Assembly: GCA_905178155.1 (NCBI GenBank) | Contig: CAJINV010000002.1 | Location: 10,148,146 to 10,212,145, forward strand | Length of the DNA stretch: 64,000 nt | Origin: Amoebophrya sp. A120 | Taxonomy: Eukaryota; Protista; Dinoflagellata | Reading direction: 5' to 3' | Shown here: positions 58,081 to 64,000 of the stretch, one piece after another | Layout: each line of letters begins with the position of its first letter | Numbering within the stretch: the stretch's first letter is position 1 | The notes under the pieces: generated by a model | What the model was told of the DNA's origin: nothing | What the model saw: only the letters and a program-made list of their open reading frames with translations | Database searches by the model: none | Program-made: the position numbers and the translations under genes

Positions 58081-59941
58081 AGACGAAACCAGTTGACGTC
58101 AGAAAATTATGATGACAACGGCGGAAGAACATCAAGAATAAATGAAGACAAAAAAATACTTACGCAGTTGTACACGAAATAAGCGTTTGATGATGATGTT
58201 CTAGTACACGTACACGAAAATTACGCGCGGCGCATGTTGTGCTCTACTATTCGCAGCTCTTGTTTACTTTTGATTCGCTCTCTCTTGATTACTTTTGATT
58301 GTCAACATGTTCTCTCTCTTGATTACTTTTGATTCGCTCTACAGTCTCGTACAAGTATGGAGTGGCTACAGTTGTTGAAGTACTAGCTTTTGTCCGCGGT
58401 TGTAGTAGTGTCGCATCGGCTATCGACACAATTTGTCGCAGCTCGGCGCAGCTCTATGAGAACAGGATTTTTTTAGTATCAGAAACCCGAATTATCCTGA
58501 TGGCTCTATATGAGTTGGCTATTCTGGATGCTCATCTTTCGCTGCAGCCAATCGCTTTACTTATTTACTCCGCGCAAAGTAGTAAAGTATGTGGCTCACG
58601 CTCACCAAGTAGTTCTGTATTTGCTGTAGCCGCCCAAACAACCAGATCAAGAACGCGGTTGCGACGTTTGTAACCTCCAGTTCGCACGGGCACGTTTTTT
58701 TTTGCTATTAATCTGTATAGGACAGGCATCTCCATCGTGCCAATTTTATCGCAGGATACGAGTAAGACTTGAGGCGTGAAGGAGGAGGAGAAGTGCCGGC
58801 TGCGCAGAACGTCCCTCCATCGGAACGGTCACAGTTCTGACGGAGACCACCAAAATAAACCGTAGAGGTAGATGTCGTCATCTGTTTACCCTGCAAGATA
58901 AAAATGAAAAAAATATTGCGCAACAGCTACGCAGCTCTCTGGTCGTTGAAGTTTTTGTGAAAAAGCTGCTGTTCAGAGAGATTTGCTTTGTAAAAAGCTC
59001 GGTAAACTTAGTATGGATTCATTCTCGAGAGGGAAAGAGAGCCAAGGCCCGCTGCCAGCAGAGAGAGGACCTATCATAATTGTATGTTGAACAGACCGAG
59101 CGATATTAAACTTAAAGTATTTTTTGCAGCTGCATCTACACCACGTCCAAGCAAGGGCTAGTCGGGAATTGTGACCAAACAAATCGGGAATGTAGCTCTC
59201 TGTGATCTGTTCGTAAATCAAATCCGAGAACATCAAGAGACGGTAAATAAAAATATCAAAACAGATCAAAAGCAGGAAAATGCGCGACCAGAAGATGTCG
59301 TAATCATCGAAGAGCCAGGAAAAAGAAGTAAGTGCTGCATGCAATTGCAATTGCATATGCTAACTTATCACACCAGGGTGCTGTTTTGGCTTTTGCTTTT
59401 CGAATCTACTCTTCGCATACCCCAAACCCAAGATATCGCCTATCGCATCTCTTTTCTCGCACCTTAGCTACACTCTGTATGATTTTACTCGCCGTTGAAG
59501 ACAAGACTGTAGTCGCAGTTGCGTTTATTATGATTAAGAACTGAGCTGTACTAGCCCCTTAGTTACCGCCTCCGCCAAGCACATTCTCGAGAACGAATAG
59601 ATTGCACCATTGTATCCACTTAGCAGGTAATTTTGTCAACGGGCCCGGGAAAGTTTTTTCACTTTGCTGCAGAAGTAATTTTGACTTGCTGAATCATTGT
59701 GAAAATCTGCCTTGGTAAAAATCAACAGTTACTTTTTTTTTTGCCCACCAATTTTCAATATTACGATTACCGTCGTTCGGGGACAAACTTACAGGGGGGC
59801 GTCGAGAAGGCTTATTCGTGGGGCTACCTGCTCCGGCGGACTAGTCCATACAAATCTGCCTGGTGACGATCAGAGAATCATTTTATCATCAGCTTAGCCA
59901 AATTCTAAAGCATATAACCGACGAACAACCGAATTGCAAAA

Positions 59942-60955
59942 ATGGTGGTCTGTAGCTACCTGCACTACCTGCCCGAGCACTTCCTCGCGACGTGGGCGAT
60001 GTTTGGCCTTGCAGGTGCGGTGTTGGTCGCGCTGCTGTCGACCTCGGCCTTCCGGTTTCTGTACATGAACCCGACGTTGACAAAGTGGCAGTACAAGTCG
60101 AGCGGCAAGTTTCCCAGCGCCCACTACGTCCGAGAGGAGATCTACCAGACGTTCAAGGGGGTATTTTTCGCGACATTCTTTCCGGCCTTGTCGATGCACT
60201 TGCGCAAGGAGAGCTACATGAAGGGCTACTGCCCGGCGGACGTCACGGGGGAAGCGGACCAGGAGTATTACTTCTCCGTTCTCCGCTACTGCTGGGAATT
60301 CGTCCTGATCGTCGGCATCACGGACTTTTACGAGTTTTTCTACCACTGGTGCGGGCACAAGTTCGACCACGCCTGGAACATACACAGGCATCACCACAAG
60401 TACTGCAACCCGACGCCCTTCGCGGTGATCGCCGACGAGCCGTTCGACAACTGCGTGCGCGCGTCGCCGCTGTTCTTCCTCCCGCTCTTTCTCACCCTGA
60501 ACTTGAACACGCTGTTCCTCACCTTTACCCTCTTCTTCTACAGCTGGGGCATCTACCTGCACTGCGGGTACGAGGCGGACTGGATTTTTCCGTCGGACCA
60601 CCCGTGGATCAACACCTCGTTTCAGCACTACGTGCACCACGCTAAGGGGACGCGGTCGCGGCCCTACCACTGCGGATTCTTCATCAAGCTCTGGGACCAG
60701 CTCTTCAAGGCCTGCTACGACGGCCCGCCCTGCGACGCCAAGTCCGACCGCGAGGCGGGGAAGCGGACCGACAAGCTGTTCCAGGAGCAGGTGCTGAAAA
60801 ACTTCCCGAACTACGGCTTGCTCGCCAACTGGAAGTTTTTGCTTTACGGGGAAACGCACCCGGAGTTCGCGAAGCAGCTCACGCTCGACCTGCGCGACAC
60901 GGACTCCACGACCGCCAGCGAGTCGCCGGCAGGTGAGGGACTGAAGACGGAATAG
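59942..60955 (+). CDS. Sterol desaturase / fatty acid hydroxylase family protein (C-5 sterol desaturase-like)
   Basis: Histidine boxes HWCGH, HRHHH, HYVHH plus TPFA and hydrophobic helices. Confidence 0.85.
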   Translation: MVVCSYLHYLPEHFLATWAMFGLAGAVLVALLSTSAFRFLYMNPTLTKWQYKSSGKFPSAHYVREEIYQTFKGVFFATFFPALSMHLRKESYMKGYCPADVTGEADQEYYFSVLRYCWEFVLIVGITDFYEFFYHWCGHKFDHAWNIHRHHHKYCNPTPFAVIADEPFDNCVRASPLFFLPLFLTLNLNTLFLTFTLFFYSWGIYLHCGYEADWIFPSDHPWINTSFQHYVHHAKGTRSRPYHCGFFIKLWDQLFKACYDGPPCDAKSDREAGKRTDKLFQEQVLKNFPNYGLLANWKFLLYGETHPEFAKQLTLDLRDTDSTTASESPAGEGLKTE

Positions 60956-62458
60956 AGTTCCGAGTTGGGACGATCAAGGACATAGTGGACGAGGCAAGAA
61001 GTCTCAAAAAGAATATATTGGCTCAACGTGTTGATTTTTCTGGCGTATTAACCTGTTTTGAAGACAACTCCATGCTGCTGGACGCTTCAACGAAGTTTTG
61101 AACGGAATTTCTTGCAGAAATAGAAGAAATACAGAGCAGAACAAGTAGCGCTTGCTTCTGTTCTCTGTCCAGCATGCAGATTTTTGTTTTTTTCAGCGAC
61201 TTATGCGAATCTGATACTGATGCTTTCTTTTCCAAATGGTCAATTCTTGGAAGAGAAAGGCAGTACTAGGAGATGCACAGAGTTAGAGCTTTCATGCGAC
61301 GAGGCGCTCTCGAAAGGAGGAGGTGCTGATCTATTGAGACGCTTTCAAAATTTTCCATCTTATTAACAGCGCGACGGAAGAAGGCACTGGACTGACTATA
61401 CAATCAACGTAAGCCGATTGTATGAGCAAAAATTTTTTCATGCACCTGCCCTTCAGAACCCGTTTTTATTCGTTAAGGGACGCTTGTACGGAAAAAGAAA
61501 AACAACCTAACACCTGTTGCTACCCCAAAGAACTGCGCATCAGAGCAAAGGAAATTTTTTCTACTCGTTCCCACTACAACTACGCTCTTTATTACCAGAA
61601 ACGACTCTACTGTACTCGCCAACTACATCTACTACAGCAACATTCTCAGTACCAATTGCGCAACGAACAGTATAAGATTATCAAACCTCTGCGAACCACT
61701 TCGACCCTAAAAATACCGACTTTGGGTTTGGACGCATTTTCTGGGCTGCAAGATGTTATAACTTTCATCCGATTAGCACAAACATGAAGTCACAGAAGTT
61801 GCCCTTTTTTCTCTGCTAAAAATGGTGTGTGCAGCCTGTGTCAAGTTTCAGATGTCCTCGTTTTTGGCGTTGCGGTTGGCGTCGCATGACTACAAGAGGA
61901 GGAATTCCTCGACCTCATGCGGAGACCACTACTACGCAATGCTTCTGTTGAATGTTTAGGTTGGCGTTACCTAATATCTGGCTTCTGCTTGCGGTCATGC
62001 GCTTCAGTACATCACTAAACTTGTCGACGAGAAGAAGTCAGCCTCTCTGAGCCCTCTGTGAAACGTTTTCACGCCATCGGTCCGATGAATTGACGACCTG
62101 TTTCAGTACGTTGTCAGGCCTTTTCGCTCGGTAGAATTTTTTTTTGGAGCAACGATACTTGCATACTCGGTTTTTTTGCCATGTAGTCTTTGACTGCCTG
62201 TTTCTTGCGAGAATTATATGGAACGTTGAGAGTGGTCTGTCTCTCTTCTGTGAGCGAATTTTTTGTCCTGAGCAATACGAACCTTCCTCCCTCTCCCGCA
62301 CAGTGTCCTCCTGGTCATCCTCCCGCATAGCACGGCGAGGTAAAGAGGAACCACGACCACAATAGATCTAGACTGAACATCAGCAGCGTACCGCCCTTTC
62401 TTAGGTTAAGACAAAGTAAGTCTACTTTGACGTCGTAGGGAAAGAAATCACTGAGATA

Positions 62459-64000
62459 ATGAACCGTGCCAACGCGATCGCTAATCAAGTGGTCGCGCCC
62501 AATTCGGTGCACGGTGTCCAGGGGCACGCTTCTGCAAAAGTCGGCGAGAAGAATGACAACGACGCTGTAATCTGTTGCACTTTGCGGACGGCCTTGTGCA
62601 AAAACAAGAAGGGGAGCTTCAAGGTAGGTTTATCAAAAAGCGATATGCAAAACAAAATGGAAAGAAGTTGGTTGCATTAGTACTTCTAGTTTTTCCACCA
62701 TCTACTTCATCATCGATAAAGGATGGATCTCATCAATTTTTCTTAAAACAAATTCTCAGGACACTCCCCCGGAGGAGCTGCTTGCGGCCTGCTACGAGGC
62801 CATCGTGCAAAAGACGAAAATCGATCCGGCGTTGATCCAGGATGCGCAGATCGGGAACGTTTTGCAGGGCGGCGCCGGCGCCATGGCCGCCAGGATTGCG
62901 CAGTTTATGGCGAAGTACCCGGCCAACACTTCCGCGGTGGCGGTCAACCGACAGTGCTCCAGCGGGTTGCAGTGCATCGCCAACGTGTCCGCCGCCATCA
63001 CGGCGGGACACTACGACGTGGCCATCGCTGGGGGCGTGGAGTCCATGAGCATGAACAGCATGATGGACACGATCAACCCCAAGAATTTGTCGGAGAAAAT
63101 CTTCGACACGGAGGGGGCGCAGGCCTGCCTCATTCCCATGGGCATCACGTCCGAAAACGTCGCGGCAAAGTACAACATCCCCCGCGCGAAGCAGGACGCG
63201 CTCGCCTTGAGCAGTCACCAAAAAGCGTTGAAGGCACAGGCGGAAGGTAATTACTACAACAAGGGATGATTTTGATATATGATCATGTGTTCGGTGAAAT
63301 AGAATCAGTGCGTCGAATAGTGAGAAACACATAATTTTCAGCAACATGTGTGGACCACGACTGCAGCTCTGCAGCATCCATCAGTATGCGTTTACAACGA
63401 TTGCGGAAATTTTCGTGCGTCAAAATCGAGTCCTCTGTCATCATCTTCTTGATCATCGTCTCACAATACTATAAACACTAGGTCTCTACGACGAAGAAAT
63501 TATCCCGGTTACGGTGACACTCAAGGACAAGAAGGCTGGCACGGAAAAGCAGATTACGGTCACCAAGGACGAGGGCCCGAGACCGGGCGTCAAGATCGAG
63601 GACCTGGCAAAGCTCGGACCGGCCTTCCAGAAGGGCGGAACTACAACCGCGGGGAACAGTTCCCAGACGACCGACGGGGCCGCGATGTGCCTCATCGCAT
63701 CAAGAAAAAAGGCGAAAGAGTACTTAGATACAGTTTGAATTTATTGCTGTTTCCCCATCACTCATACTAGGCTCTAACAAAGGTGAGTATTCATACATGG
63801 ATGCAGTTCGTAGTTGTGCTGCGAGTAGCTGCAAATTTATTATTTGCAATTCCGAACGGTACAAAAAAACTGCAGACTCGGACTTCCAATCGTTGGCAAG
63901 ATGATTTCTTTCGCCGTAGAGGGTTGTCCCCCGGACATCATGGGAATCGGCCCAGCTGTTGCTATTCCGTCAGCGCTGAAAAAGGCAGGACTCACCGTGA
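62459..64000 (+). CDS. 3-ketoacyl-CoA thiolase, 3' partial; GT-AG introns 62624-62759, 63247-63481, 63720-63875
   Basis: VNRQCSSGLQ, IAGGVESMS, MGITSENVA, TTAGNSSQTTDGAA, GCPPDIMGIGPA; all three introns join in frame. Confidence 0.93.

Noticed and set aside
58264-58340. Short direct repeats of TTACTTTTGATT / CTCTCTCTTGATT
   Set aside because: Looks like local slippage duplication in a 3' region; no other structure.
59171-59467. Possible C-terminus of a small GTPase-like or lipidated protein (KRSKCC)
   Set aside because: No G-box motifs or convincing upstream exons found.
62459-62491. PTS2 signal on thiolase (RANAIANQV)
   Set aside because: Deviates from the R-[LIVQ]-X5-[HQ]-[LA] consensus at two positions; cannot be supported from sequence alone.

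Overview
Gene-dense eukaryotic (protist) DNA with about 19 protein-coding genes, all on the + strand. Recognisable products: type I PRMT, a divergent histone H3/CenH3-like protein, DUF1279/FAM210, Rab geranylgeranyltransferase alpha, CNOT2, a DUF285-repeat protein, a large helical + LamG-like protein, RPB3, cyclopropane fatty acid synthase, a sterol desaturase-family enzyme and a thiolase. Ordinary GT-AG introns are present. The dominant signal is 20 short intervening elements (19 complete, 149-332 bp) inside coding exons. Each complete element begins TAT and ends ATA, carries terminal inverted repeats (10 distinguishable TIR families) and is flanked by a 5-bp direct repeat. Removing the element plus one repeat copy restores the reading frame in all 19 cases, yet none can be spliced as GT-AG. 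Copies of one subfamily occur in both orientations, all families share a dense internal motif GCAWBACA, and lengths hint at ~10-bp periodicity. This matches the non-canonical introner elements described for the parasitic dinoflagellate Amoebophrya (organism is my inference). The shared motif, orientation independence and length pattern point to an uncharacterised removal mechanism (hairpin-guided RNA splicing or IES-like DNA excision). A separate 1.57-kb TA-flanked TIR element interrupts the RabGGTase alpha gene next to a 48-bp exon duplication. Coordinates were read by eye; no searches were run.
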